The notes under the pieces were generated by a model. It did not search any database, was not told the DNA's origin, and saw only the letters and a program-made list of their open reading frames with translations. A stretch of DNA of 59,653 nt, counting the filler, from Piptocephalis cylindrospora (taxonomy: Eukaryota), in the NCBI GenBank assembly GCA_003614145.1. It is 9 parts of 9 records of this genome, joined end to end, with 100 filler letters (N's around TTAATTAATTAA, not from the genome) between each part and the next. Parts side by side here need not be neighbours in the genome. Positions count along the whole stretch, not along the records: positions 6,671 to 13,227 come from KZ988274.1; positions 13,328 to 19,873 come from KZ988275.1; positions 19,974 to 26,518 come from KZ988276.1; 6 more parts are not named here. The stretch is one strand, 5' to 3'. Positions 9,895 through 22,126 of this stretch are shown here, in pieces. Positions within the stretch are counted from its first letter, which is position 1. Every line of letters begins with the position of its first letter. The position numbers were made by a program, and so were the translations under genes.

Positions 9895-10491
9895 AATGGA
9901 GGGCGCCCAAGTTACTTTCAAGGCAGTGTATACAGAGAAGAAGAAATCGCAGGTGGCTCAGTCAGTCACCACAGCAATCACAAAAGATCAATGCCTTGTG
10001 AAGAAAAGTCGATGGCTTAATGTGAGGGAGGAGGGGGAGAGAGAAAGCACCTGAGAGCTGCCCGGAAGGGAAGTTTAAAGGGAAAAGAAAAGAAATGTAC
10101 CGATCAACAATAGCACTGCTCCAGTCTGACATCAACATAGCTGCCTAATTGATCCATACAGAAAGGCCCCTACGATACCCATTGACCCACCGTGTGTTCT
10201 GTCACGGATAAAGCATCTTCCTGGACACACAAAAAGGGTGACGGGTGGAACCGCCCAGCACAGCCAACAGCCTCTGAACCTTTCGTCCTCCTTCCGTATT
10301 TCTTTTACTCGCGATCCACTTTCACGAGCGGCCCTTTTTCATCGTTAAATCCCCTTTTACCGTTCAATCACGCGTAGCTAGGCTGATCGTCCCTTTTCCC
10401 TTTTGCTTCACGGCAGTCCATCGATCCGCAACCCGCTCCACCTATACCCGGGTGGCTCATCGACTTACCAAGCAGAAGCCCAATCCACGTC

Positions 10492-11282
10492 ATGACTAAA
10501 GATGCTTCCACTTTTCCCCAAGAAGGTGAGCACCACATCGAGAAAAAGAAACAGGAGAGTTTACCAGGGCTCAAACTGCCTACTTCGGTAGCCTTGGGGG
10601 CGATGGGTGTGGTCGCGGCCATTGGCCTCGGAGGCCTTTTCACCGCCCTTCGACGACCTCAGACGGAACCCGACGTTCCAGCTTACTTTTACCAGCCCAT
10701 TAAGCCCTCATCTATTGCGGAAGGCGCAATAGCTACTGCTCCCTCCTCTTCTACCCGTCCACTGGCCCAATCTCCTGTGACTGGAAAGGACTTGGGTGCT
10801 CAGATGACTCGAGGTTTGGCCTCGCCGTCTTCCCAATTCTCCCCCCCCCTTCCCATCCCTACAGCTGCCTCCCGTCGAGGTGCTTGGGTCTTTGCATTTA
10901 CTACTCTGGGACTTGGAACTGCCCTTGCTCTTACATCGGCTGCTGTGCTCTCTGGAGTTGTTGGATGGGCCTTGGATGTTCGTGATGTAAGTGTACACGG
11001 GGCGATTCTTGCATTCATCGTGAGAACCCCCTACTCACCCTTTGTGCCCACCATGGTACACTCGGTACGAAATTTGACTAGCTGCGCGAGTTTGGCGAAT
11101 GGTGCAAGAAGGACTTTCCCCAACGATTCTCTGGACTCCATCGAGCCATCCGGGGGTCAAAAGGTCAACACCTGGAAGTCTCTATGGATGGCGTTAATAA
11201 GGAAGAACTCAAGGACATTTATAGCGTACAGGATGCCTGGGACCAATTAACGCGAGAATGGAGTGAGGAACATAGGCGTTGA
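10492..11282 (+). CDS. TMEM242/Aim11-like (DUF1358-like) two-TM protein, probably mitochondrial
   Basis: Intron GTAAGT..TAG ending at 11081 gives 'AFTTLGLGTALALTSAAVLSGVVGWALDVRDLREFGEWCK'; stop at 11280-11282. Confidence 0.55.
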
Positions 11283-11581
11283 TCTCTGCAGAATAGTCTA
11301 ACGTATATCCCAAGACCCCTTGATAATTTCATGGGCATTCTTGGGATCAACGGAGGCATTCTGGGCTCGGCAGGACTGGAGGTTCCACCTTCTTTACGAG
11401 AAGGAGCGCTTATTTAGAAATGTATACACTGACGCTTAGAATACTGAATGAAAAACGCGCTGATCCCTATTATAGTTAAACCCGTCTTACCAGCTCCGCT
11501 CGTCGCACGTCATTAGCTATAGATACATATGCCGGTATAGAGCTACTCAGCGACCCATTTAGACGCTAAACCTAATGATAT

Positions 11582-11879
11582 TGTAACGACTGGGAAGTCG
11601 TTGTGCCTTCCGCGTAAAAAGGAATGCCTGTGGGAAGCCCTAGAAACAAAGGACAAGGACCAAAGGAAGAAAGGACGCCTCATGATCATAACAAAAGAGT
11701 CGACAGCACAAGGACACCCTAGCATGGTCCTAAATATAGAGAATCACCCGCCTGGGTGATCCTCTATAAAATACTGGACTTTCGACTGACATTCCCAATA
11801 CATTGGAAGATTAAGCCACTTTACATCTGAATTCACCCCTCACCCGTTTATACCCACCCACTAAACCATACCCCTAACA
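11582..11879 (+). mobile_element. Solo LTR, copy 2 (298 bp)
   Basis: TG...CA termini (TGTAAC..CCTAACA); ATAT duplicated at 11578-11581 and 11880-11883; about a dozen differences from copy 1. Confidence 0.85.
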
Positions 11880-13145
11880 ATATGTAAAAGAGATACTGTC
11901 ATCTTGAATTAGCTCATACACCAAATTTTGACCATAAGAAAACGACGACCTTGACATATAAATACTAATACTAGACTAGGGGTAAATGAATCCGTTGTTA
12001 CACGTACCGTTCTTCAAGCATAACCTTTTTCCGGCTTGACAGCTTTGTTTTATGCCCCTTTCCTGAGCTCTGCTTCCCCCAATCCCGTCACTCATGCCAT
12101 TGTCGTATTTCATCTTCCATATGGCTCATTGTATTGAAGGTCCACCAATTATTGAATACGGAACCTTTGTGTCGAGGAGTTCACCATATGCCAAGTAAAG
12201 CATTAAGGTTGGTAACAACAACAGCAGCTCATCCTCCGACAAGCGTACCTACTCCATGATCGAGAAAGATGCGAAGCTACGACGTGCACTTATGACAGCG
12301 TATTTGCGGTACGCAGAAGCAACTTTACCCAGATGAAATGCGTTGGATACCTTCAGTCGGGAATTCTTTACCTTTCCGAACGTGGCCACCCGAAACAAGG
12401 CTCTCCCTGGACACGATAACTTTCCTCTGTTGGCTTCAAAGGGTTACCAGGAATTGGCTATGTGATTCCCTGTCAACAGACACTTCTCCGCTTTTCCGAC
12501 AGTACAATATCCGACTCCGCCCACAAATGGGCCAATGATACTAGAGGCGACTCCCGTTCTACTCATCAAGGATCCTATCCCATAGACCTTCTCATAACGG
12601 CCGCCAAGCTCCGCCTTTACCGGATTGGCCAGAGTAGATACAGAAAGCGGGCTTTGAAAGGAAAGCTACAGGTGGTAAAGCGAACGAACAAGATGAGAAA
12701 AATCATTCTCTCCCATGTCGTTTCCTTAAGAGAAAAGACGACAGCTACAAGTTCTTCAGCTTGCCCTCATAGTCCTCTTCCTCCTCCTTTCCTCCTTTCC
12801 TCCTTTCACCTCATCCCATCCCATCCTCCTGCTCATTCATCCTCTCGCTCACTCCTCCGTCTCAATCATCTCTCACCTCTCCCTCTCACCTCTTTCACTT
12901 CTCTCTCCCTCTCCCCCATTCAGAACGCACCCACCCGTCTCGTCACTCTTTTCCTTCCGCTTCCCTCAACCCCAACCCTTCCTTTTCATCCCCCATCTCT
13001 CCCGCTTCTCACATTCCTCCCGACCTTCCATCCCATCCTAGAAAAGCACAGCATTCACTGTTTTTCACTCACGTCACCTCTCTCATCTCTCCTCCCAACC
13101 CCCGTCTCTTTTCCGTCTTTTGCCTTCCATTCCTCCCTCCCTATC

Positions 13146-13227
13146 ATGAAGTACGCTCCCCATATCCTCTCTGCCGCCCTTCTCCTCTCTTTGGTCGTTT
13201 TACCGACATCCTCTGCTCCTGTCAGCC
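13146..13227 (+). CDS. 5' end of a secreted protein, truncated by contig end
   Basis: MKYAPHILSAALLLSLVVLPTSSAPVS signal peptide after a long CT-rich leader. Confidence 0.65.
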
Positions 13228-13327
13228 NNNNNNNNNNNNNNNNNNNNNNNNNNNNNNNNNNNNNNNNNNNNTTAATTAATTAANNNNNNNNNNNNNNNNN
13301 NNNNNNNNNNNNNNNNNNNNNNNNNNN
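13228..13327. other. Artificial contig linker
   Basis: N44-TTAATTAATTAA-N44. Confidence 0.98.
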
Positions 13328-13505
13328 GGACCCTGATGATATCTTGGGCAGTCTAGAGGTACGTGATGGAAAGATTCAGCCAGGATCCTTCCAATCCATG
13401 CCATCCCACCGTCTCGTCTCCAGTCATGGGCTGTTTAAACTAAGCGAGCCTCTCCATGAGGCCCTCATGGTCCGACTCGCGGCCCTATCATCATCAAAAG
13501 AATGA
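13328..13505 (+). CDS. 3' end of a conserved fungal hypothetical protein, partial
   Basis: DPDDILGSLEVRDGKIQPGSFQSMPSHRLVSSHGLFKLSEPLHEALMVRL..* resembles a conserved fungal 'PEDIxGS..YQ..TYRLxT..G..LS..L' family. Confidence 0.55.
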
Positions 13506-13834
13506 ATCAATAAAGGAGGATCTAGTTGTATGAATGCATCCTTGTCTAAATCGAGATGAGGCGTAGGAGAGGATATATCCTCCTTAAAAACAAAACCCCA
13601 ACCCCAACCCCAACCCTGTTCATGGGTTAATGCGGTCCAAATCCCTAGACAATCTCGCAAGGTAAATGACATGCCTTCTGTCCCCCTCCTGTTTGTGGAG
13701 CCACACGCGTCCCTCACAGGTAGCCCTGCTGATAGAAGATGAATGAGCACAGCCTTGTTCTATTCCCCTCCTCCCCTCCTCCCCACCCCTTCTCACCCTC
13801 CTCTCCTTTCCCCCCTATATCAACACCATTCAAC

Positions 13835-14781
13835 ATGTCCTGGGGAAAAGTATCTGCGTCGACGGAAACGTGAGTGCTTTAGACCAGACCGCATGACGCT
13901 CTCCGTCTAATAGCCCCTTCCCTCCCTCCCTCCTGCAGACAATCCATGTACTTGGACCCTTCCATCCGAGACTGGGTCCTTATCCCCATCATGGCGGCCA
14001 TGATCCTCGTGGGGGTGTTTAGGCACCATGTCACGGTCTTGTTGACAGGTGAGCCGAAAAAGCCAACGTACAAGGCTTTGAGAGAGGGAAAGGCATTGTT
14101 CCGCTCCCAAATCCTCCGGACCAATGGAAGTAACCTCCCGAACGGGGCTTACCAGAGTAGGAAATCCTACTTGATGGAGGCCTTTAAGAAGGGAGAGTAC
14201 CTCAAGGCCCCGGCTGACCCTGATGCTGGACCCCCTAACCCCATGACCGACCCGGCCGGTATGGATATGATGATGGATGGGATGAAGAAGCAGATGGCTG
14301 GGATGATCCCGCAAATGCTGATCATGACCTGGGTCAACTTTTTCTTCTCTGGATTCGTCCTTGTCCGTCTCCCATTTCCCCTGACCATTGGCTTCAAGTC
14401 CATGCTTCAACGCGGCGTCAACACTGCCGACATGGATGTCACCTGGGTCTCCTCGCTTTCCTGGTACTTTCTCAATCTGTTCGGTCTACGTGGTCTCTTT
14501 ACCATTCTTCTCGGCGATAACAATTGTAAGTCCAGGTAAGGAGAGTGGCTGGGAGGCTGGTCATTTACTCATCCTTCTTCTTTACCAATGCAGCTGCGGA
14601 TGGAATGAGGGACATGCAGGCCATGACAAGCATGGGGATGACTCAGCAGCAACCTGGTCAGGTCCAGGACTTCCCCAAGCTCTTTGAAGCCGAGAGAGAA
14701 AACCTTCAGATGACCCCTCATGTCTGGGAGGGTGAAGGAGTGGAGGAAAGGCTATTGAAGAAGCATGGTTATTTGAACTGA
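13835..14781 (+). CDS. EMC3: ER membrane protein complex subunit 3 (3 exons)
   Basis: 'LDPSIRDWVLIPI', 'WVNFFFSGFVLVRLPFPLTIGFKSMLQRG', 'WVSSLSWYFLNLFGL', 'FEAERENL'; GT-AG introns. Confidence 0.95.
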
Positions 14782-14935
14782 GTATGGAGAGAGTACAAGG
14801 AGAAGATGTTTTGCAAGTAAAATACACGACTTTGCAAATGAACGACGCGATTCATTTCCAGATTGACAGATGGATCAAGGCAGGAAAGCCATCTTTACCA
14901 TGGAGGGACAAGACGTCCGATTTTCCTAGTCAGAA

Positions 14936-15329
14936 TCAATTCTTCTGGGGAGCAATCTCCTCACAAAAGGCCACCATCCCTAAATCTCGTTCAGAGAGCC
15001 CTTGGCACTCGTGGGTGGACCAAGTGATCTCAACACGGTTGTAAACCTGGATGGTTGATCGTGGTAGCGGTAGGGTAAAAGTTAGCTTCGGACCTTCGTC
15101 CCCTCTCCTCCTCTTACGCCTCTCCGATCCTTACATTGAACCATTCAGGATGATGATCCACCTTGTCGGCCTTTAGCGCAATACGCGACATAAAGCCCCA
15201 AGCCGCGTTAAAGTCGGAGAAGGTATAGGTTTTGGTCAGGGCATCTCGTCCCTGCACTAGCTTCCAGCCTTGTTGCTCAAGCTTGGGGAGGTGGGTGGAT
15301 CTTTCCGTGTCAGAGAGCTTGGAGACCAT
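14936..15329 (-). CDS. PCBD1: Pterin-4-alpha-carbinolamine dehydratase (2 exons)
   Basis: 'FSDFNAAWGFMSRIALKADKVDHHPEWFN|VYNRVEITWSTHECQGLSERD'. Confidence 0.93.
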
Positions 15330-15670
15330 GTTGAAAGGTGAGTGTGAGAAGAAGCGGGGGGAGGAAGGAAGAAAGGGTGGGAAAATCAGGGCGGTGTTGG
15401 CGTGTGTGGTCCGAGAAAGGTCAATGATGCCCTTTATACCCCACACACCCAAGCGTAGCGTCATAGCAACATGTGCCTGGTCTGATGTGTGGGGCGGAAT
15501 AGGATGAGATGACTCGACACACATACATTACTAGATCAATGTATACACCGAGCGCATACACGACAAATCCATTTTGCCAAGGGCGATCCATCCATAACAA
15601 CATGTATTTCCTCATCACGCTCTCATATTCTCGCCGCCATCGCCATCCCTTCTCCCCACCCCTTTCTCGC

Positions 15671-16731
15671 TTAAGCAGACATGTCCATGGTATCACCCTC
15701 CTCGACCTGGATAAAGGACTTGGTTTGGGTGGTGAGGACTCCAGTGGATCCGGGGAGGAACTTGTAATTGAGCTGCTTGGGGACACGCTCGTTGGGTCGG
15801 CCATAATTCCGAAGGTAGTCCACCTTACCCTTCTCGATCACCGTGACATCCACATTGGATCCGGATCCAAGATCATTGAAGATACCAGCCTCAATGGCCG
15901 CCTCCACCAAGTCAATGGCATCCTGCCTCTCCATATTGGCCTTCCATTTGGACTCAAAGATCGCCATGGCAGCCAGAGATCCACTTCCCATGGTGACATA
16001 GGGGAGCTTATCGGTCGATCCGTGGGGGTGAATCGTGTAAAGCTGGGGTCCAGAGACGTCAAAGCCTCCTAGGACAAGAGCAGCGCCAATGTGGCCTTGG
16101 TACCTATTGAGAGCGGGGAATAAGAAGGAGGGAAGGAGAGAGGGAGGGGACAGGGGCTTACTTGAACAAATGTTGCTTCAGTAGGGTCATGGCCGTGACC
16201 ACCCTAGCCTCCCGTCCCGTGGAGAGACGATGGAGCTCGAGCTGAGAGGAAATCATGTTCGTGGTCATCTCCGTGTCGGCTGCCGTACCAGCACCACAAC
16301 AGTACATGTTGGGAGCAAGGTAGTGAATCTTTTCACAGTTCTTATCGAACACCACAGGGCCTCCTGTGGCCCTAGTATCGGCTCCAAGGACCACACCATC
16401 CTATTGCGAGAGTGAGTGGAAATCATGTCCCCCGTATCCCCCCTCCTTCGTCCAGCAAAGCCTACTTTAAAGATCAGGCCGACAATGGTGGTACCAGTGC
16501 TAGTAGCCGTGGGAGGCTTTGATCCAGCAGCAGCTAGAGCGGCATTCCTACCAGAGGGAGAGAGAGAGAGAGGTGAGGATCAAGCGCTCATAAAGAGAGA
16601 TGAACGACAGCTTCTTCCCAGCGAGGACGACAGGATCCCACAATAAAGATCCAGCCCATCCTAGCCAGACCCTACCTTCCACAATTGTCAAAGTTGAAAC
16701 CACCCTTGGGAAGCTGAGTACGAGGAGCCAT
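15671..16731 (-). CDS. PUP1: 20S proteasome subunit beta-2 (4 exons)
   Basis: 'GGFNFDNC', 'TSTGTTIVG', '[34 protein letters not shown]', '[13 protein letters not shown]', '[13 protein letters not shown]'. Confidence 0.96.
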
Positions 16732-17103
16732 GGTGGACGAGAGAAGGAGAGAGAGAGAGAGAAAGAGAGGAAGGGTGGGATGAATAGGATGGAAAGGAAG
16801 AGAGAGTTTAGGGAGGCGGGGATGTCGATGGAATGGGAAAGGCTGGTTTTTGCTGGCGCGTTCAAGATCCCCACACAAGCTCCGCCTATGCGCGCGCGCG
16901 GGCACATCCGTCTGCGAGGGAAGATGACGAAGTACCAGGTCGTAGGAGTGTGCGGCATACGTGTGTTTGGGTGGTATGTGAGGAAAGAGAGGCATCAAGG
17001 TGTAAGAATAGGAAAGCAATCAACATGTTCTTTAACCATTAATAAATAAAAAATATCAATCCTACCAGTCGCCATCTCCTCGTCCCCACCCTCCCCCCGC
17101 CCG

Positions 17104-18551
17104 TCATGGGCGTGCCAAGTACACATCCACATCCTCCATCATGCTCCTAGCAACATGCCCCTCCTTGCCAGCCCACAGTAACCCAAACCAAAGGAAGACT
17201 TCAGCAACAAGGAGGGCTACACCCCCAAGCACAACCCATAGACTACCCAGGCCTCGGGTACGCACCACACCCCCACACACCACCATTCCTGCCCACACCA
17301 CGAGGGCCAGAAGCGCAAAGAGGTACCAGCGTTGCTGAAGGCTCTCAACCTCGTACTGGTGTTGCAAAAGCGCATCTCTCAGCTCCCGGATCGGAGCATC
17401 AGCGGCCTTAGGCGGTAGATCCATGATTGGGCCTGGAAGCATCCTACCCGGAGTCATCTCCAGGGTGGCCTCAACGGCAAAGTGATCAGAGAAGGAGCAA
17501 TTCAGGCTGAGCACCCGTTCGGTAAAGACTACAGATACCTCCTTGATCCCCACCGACTCGTCCCGAATCCAAATATAGTCCAGTCGCTCCCCTAATCCAT
17601 CCTTATCTCCATCAGTCCACGTATTGTCCGGAGCGTCGCAAGTCACTCCTAGAGCCCTTGCCCGCTCCCAGGGCTCGAGGAGGGAGTTTGCTGAGGTTTC
17701 CTCCAGAGCCTGAGGACGCTTACTAACCCAGGCATCCCTGGCCGGTACGAGGGCCCGGATGATTTGGTAAGGCAAGGAATCCTGCACTAAATTAAAGTCT
17801 CCCATCATGATGGTGGTGGCTGTGCAGGCCCGAAGGGCCTTTCCTACCTCCCAGGCCTGAGCAGCCCTTTCCGCGGCATAGGGATACTTCTTACCGTACT
17901 CGGCGTGGAACTAGAGGGGAAGGCATGAGAAAGGGATGGACCGAGGATTGCGCCTCGGCCCAAGACATGATCTCTTACATGGGTATTCAAAATGTCCAGA
18001 GGGCCAAGTTCGGGATGGAGAACTCGGCATCGACCAATTCCCTTGCCCACAAACCAATCTCCATGGTAAAATCGAGAGGGACACCCACCCAGGCTATACG
18101 GCCTGAACTCGGATTCGATGATAGGGTATTTGGAAAGGAGGACTAGACCTCCTCCGAGGATACCGGAGAGGAATCGATGGGTGTATGGGAGTCGGGAGGA
18201 CACGAGGGTACGTAGGACCTGATAATCTTCCTCAACCCATACCTCCTGCAGAGCAATGATTTCTGCGGTGGTTGTCGTAAGGGCTCGGCCAATAGCCCTC
18301 ATCCGTCCGGGGCGGTTCTTAGAGACAAATTTGAGTCCCCAGCAATTTAGCGTGAGCACCTGAAGCGGTAGAGTCGCAGTTGTATTGGCTTGGGGCAGGG
18401 GTGAGATGGGCATGTCGATTGTCGAAGACATGGACTCCATGGACATGTCGGCCTGAGAAGCACCTGGCTGGTTCATCTCGAGAATTTCAGCCTCGGGCAT
18501 AGCCATCACATGCTGCCTTGAGGAGTTGTCATCGTCTAGTGTCAAAGTCAT
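17104..18551 (-). CDS. ISC1: Inositol-phosphosphingolipid phospholipase C / neutral sphingomyelinase (2 exons)
   Basis: 'VLTLNCWGLKFVSKNR', 'ALQEVW', 'GDWFVGKG', 'NTH|FHAEY', 'GDFN', 'RLDYI', 'SDHFAVEA', two C-terminal TM helices. Confidence 0.92.
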
Positions 18552-19482
18552 TGCGGAGAGGAGAGGGAGGAGGGAGGGAGGGAGGGAGGGGAAGGGAAAG
18601 AAAAGGAGCAACGGAACAAGGAGGAAGGAGGGAGAGAAAGAAGAGGAGTGAATGTAAAGAAGAGGAGAACAAAGGAAAGGAGCCAAGGGAATGATGGATT
18701 ACCTACACCATTGACCTTTCTAATCATAGCTGCATCCCACAACAAGGGGAGAGGAGTGTCGTTTAGACCCCCCTTCAGAGAGGCATACTCATAGACTATA
18801 TCCCCGCCTTGGGGAAAGTCCGGCTCCCACAGCACAAAAGAGAGGAAAGTGGGTGTGAGGATCCTCTATCCTTTCATATAGGAAATAAAATGATGAATGT
18901 AGGAAATAGTATTCATGAAAAGAGGTCTAGACCAACATAGTCGGTCAGATTAGCCCATAACAGGTCCGATCCCTTATTACTGAAGCCCTCAAGAGTATAC
19001 AGTGCAAAGCAGCTTGCTGGGCCTATCCAAGTGAGCTTTACGACTCCAGGACCGGACGAGTCCCTTTGACTGGGAGGAGGAGAGAATTGAATGATCCTGG
19101 TAGATATCACTGGCGTTCTATTATGGGAAAAACATCAAGAGTTATTCGAGGGAACGAGCCCAAGATGACGAGAGTAGTCTTAATCCCAGGCCGTGAGATG
19201 GTGGAACCCACCACCTGATCCATGGCATTGCCAGTCTAAAACTTTAATGAAAAATAGGGGAAAACCCTCAGAATTAGACAATTCAAACGCCAATTCATCC
19301 AAGAAATGTCAACAGCATGATTGCTTACGATCAACGGGTTTCCTTGAACGCGCTGTCCTACTCAATATACCATCCTCTCCGTGTTCTCTTGATCCTCCCC
19401 TGACACGTCGTCCCCCACCCACTGACGTATGCCCTGCCTCCTGATTCTCTCTCTCATCCGCACGTAGAAATCGCCCAGCATC

Positions 19483-19873
19483 ATGCCGGCATCACTACCC
19501 AAGAGGTTACTGTTTGACACGTTCCTCTCAAGGTTCCGCAATCAGCAAGTCATCCCTCCCTCATACTACTATGTCACCCCATGCTACCTTGCTCGACCCA
19601 ACTCTCCTAACGTGGCCAATACCCCCACCCCCGCCCTCGTCCGTCGCGCTTGTCTCTTAAACACTCCTTCCTTGGTTCCGTCCTATGAGTCGCCCAAGGC
19701 CGAGGAGCTCCAGGAATTTCTGATGGACGATCGGCCCGGAAAACACTACTGGTCCTGGGAGAGACGTCGCATCCAAAATTACACCGATTTGACCGCAGCC
19801 ATCACATCTGTCATACGTAGCCAAAGCTACACGCCCTATGCGCTGGAGAAGCGGCCCTTGCACTACCCCACTG
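19483..19873 (+). CDS. Hypothetical protein, truncated by contig end
   Basis: Open frame from an ATG after a CT-rich leader to the gap; no motif recognised. Confidence 0.35.
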
Positions 19874-19973
19874 NNNNNNNNNNNNNNNNNNNNNNNNNNN
19901 NNNNNNNNNNNNNNNNNTTAATTAATTAANNNNNNNNNNNNNNNNNNNNNNNNNNNNNNNNNNNNNNNNNNNN
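19874..19973. other. Artificial contig linker
   Basis: N44-TTAATTAATTAA-N44. Confidence 0.98.
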
Positions 19974-20009
<36 letters not shown>

Positions 20010-20038
20010 ATCCCTCCTCTTCTCCTAACCCTCATACA

Positions 20039-21243
20039 ATGGGTCAAACCCTCTCTGAACCAGAAACCCGCAAGGATTCCTCCACCGGTCATGACAATCA
20101 CCTTTACTGGGCTGCCTCCTCCATGCAGGGCTGGAGAGTGAGTATGGAGGATGCTCACACCACCCTTCTCAAAGTCGAGGGTAAGGAGGGCTATAGCTTC
20201 TTCGGTGTCTACGATGGTCATGGGGGTGTTCGGGCCGCCAAGTACTCTGGGGCCAATCTCCACAAGCGTATCATTCAATCCTCTCACTTTGAATCTGGCA
20301 AGTACAAGGAGGCCATCAAATCGGGCTTCCTTGGCACCGATGTTGATTTGAGGACCGGTAAGCTACCCCTAGTTGGCCCATGAGGATCAGGGTGTGAGAG
20401 CGTTAAATGGCCGCATCACAGGACTCATCTTCCTTGGTCATTATCCCCATCAACCTAGACCCTGACCTTCAATCCGATACCTCGGGTTGCACTGCAATCA
20501 CCGCCCTTATCACCAAGGAAAATCAGCTACTTGTGGGGAATGCCGGGGACTCCAGAGCTGTCCTGAGTATCCGAGGAGAGGCCGAGGCCTTATCTTTTGA
20601 TCATAAACCGGCCAATAAGGAGGAATCAGCCAGAATTTTCGCGGCTGGTGGCTTCATCGAGTTTGGTCGGGTCAACGGGAATCTGGCCCTGTCCAGGGCC
20701 ATTGGGGACTTTGAATTCAAGAACAACAAGATCCTTTCCCCGGAGCAGCAAATTGTCACGGCCAACCCGGACATCACTGAAAGAACCCTGGATTTCTCCG
20801 AGGATGAATTTGTCGTCCTGGCCTGTGATGGCATCTGGGACTGCATGTCCAATCAGGATGTCGTCGACTTTGTCCGTCGTGGCCTCGCCGCCGACCTGAC
20901 CCTCGAGAAGGTCTGTGAGCGCATGATGGATCAATGTCTGGCCAAGGACACCGAACTAGCTGGGGTGGGCTGTGATAATATGACCGTCGTCATCGTCGCC
21001 CTCCTCGGGACCCACTCCACTTATGATGCCTGGAAGTCTTGGGTCACCCAAGGTGTTAATCCTCTTCCTCCCCCCAGCACCACTACAGGTCAAGGAGAGG
21101 AGGGTCAAGGGGATGCCCAATCCGATAACCCCCTTCATCCTCCCCCATCTTCCGCTCAAGGTTTTTCTACCTCCATGCATCTTGATGAGTCGGACCCCAA
21201 CCGTCCCGACTCCCTAGCCAGTAAGGATCCCACCAAGCAATAA
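20039..21243 (+). CDS. PTC2: Protein phosphatase 2C, Ptc2/Ptc3 type (2 exons)
   Basis: 'MGQTLSEP', 'SMQGWRVSMEDAH', 'GVYDGHGG', 'NAGDSR', 'DHKP', 'RVNGNLALSRAIGDFEFK', 'LACDGIWD', 'GCDNMT'. Confidence 0.95.
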
Positions 21244-21666
21244 AAGGATACCACTGGTCGAGAATACGAGGGTTGAATCGTCCCTGCGGGAAGTGTGCAA
21301 GTACGACATGGCCCAGAAGAGAGAGAGGAGAAGGGGAAGAGGGAGTAGATGCACGAACGGAGGCGAGAGGTGAAGGGATCTATAGGTCTCGTTGGAGGAG
21401 GAAGGAGGACCGAGATTCTCTCTTTCCTCGTCATCCTTCTCCTCCTCCGTCTCCCTCATAAGGGTATTTCTGTATAGGTTTTACGTGAAATACGAGGATA
21501 AAGCCTTTTTGTCGTTGTTGTTTTTGCGTCAAGTTCAATGATGAAAAGGGGATGAGGCGGAGGTCCTAGGATCTACAAAGCATGGATTCATTCCGCGCCT
21601 TTCTCGCAAATCGTGTAGGAAAAGTAATTGCTACGCTGCCCTTTTATTCATCCTTTCCAACAAGAC

Positions 21667-21667
<1 letters not shown>

Positions 21668-21698
<31 letters not shown>

Positions 21699-21707
21699 GT
21701 AATAGTA
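21668..21707. repeat. (TAA)n microsatellite
   Basis: taataataataa...tagtaatagtaa. Confidence 0.8.
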
Positions 21708-22030
21708 AAATCCCTTTATTCATCTGTTCATAGAAAGAGGACGACGCGTTGTGTGTGCACTAATAGCTAGGGACACGACAGGGCCATTCCACCTCATTGC
21801 GTGTCTATTTATCTGTCTGTGTGCGTGTCCATACATATTCACAGCGGCCCCCAGGTCCGACACACTGGGAATACCGATATGTGTGGTAATATTCAATTCC
21901 CTAGCTCTACACACCGACGCCTTCACTTTCCGTCATCCCATCTAGGGTGAGTGATGAGGATGAAATGGATGCTTTCTGAAGGGCAACCCTCTTCTTTCCC
22001 AGATCATCCACATCCACATTCTCATCCCCT

Positions 22031-22074
<44 letters not shown>

Positions 22075-22126
22075 TCTCTCCTTGTTCTCTTCCTTATCCC
22101 ATTTTCTCTTCACAGCACTCTTCAAA

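Noticed and set aside
12462..13145. Long Pro/Ser/Leu-rich 5' part of the 273-aa ORF
   Set aside because: Translation of a CT-rich leader; the real start is probably the signal-peptide ATG at 13146
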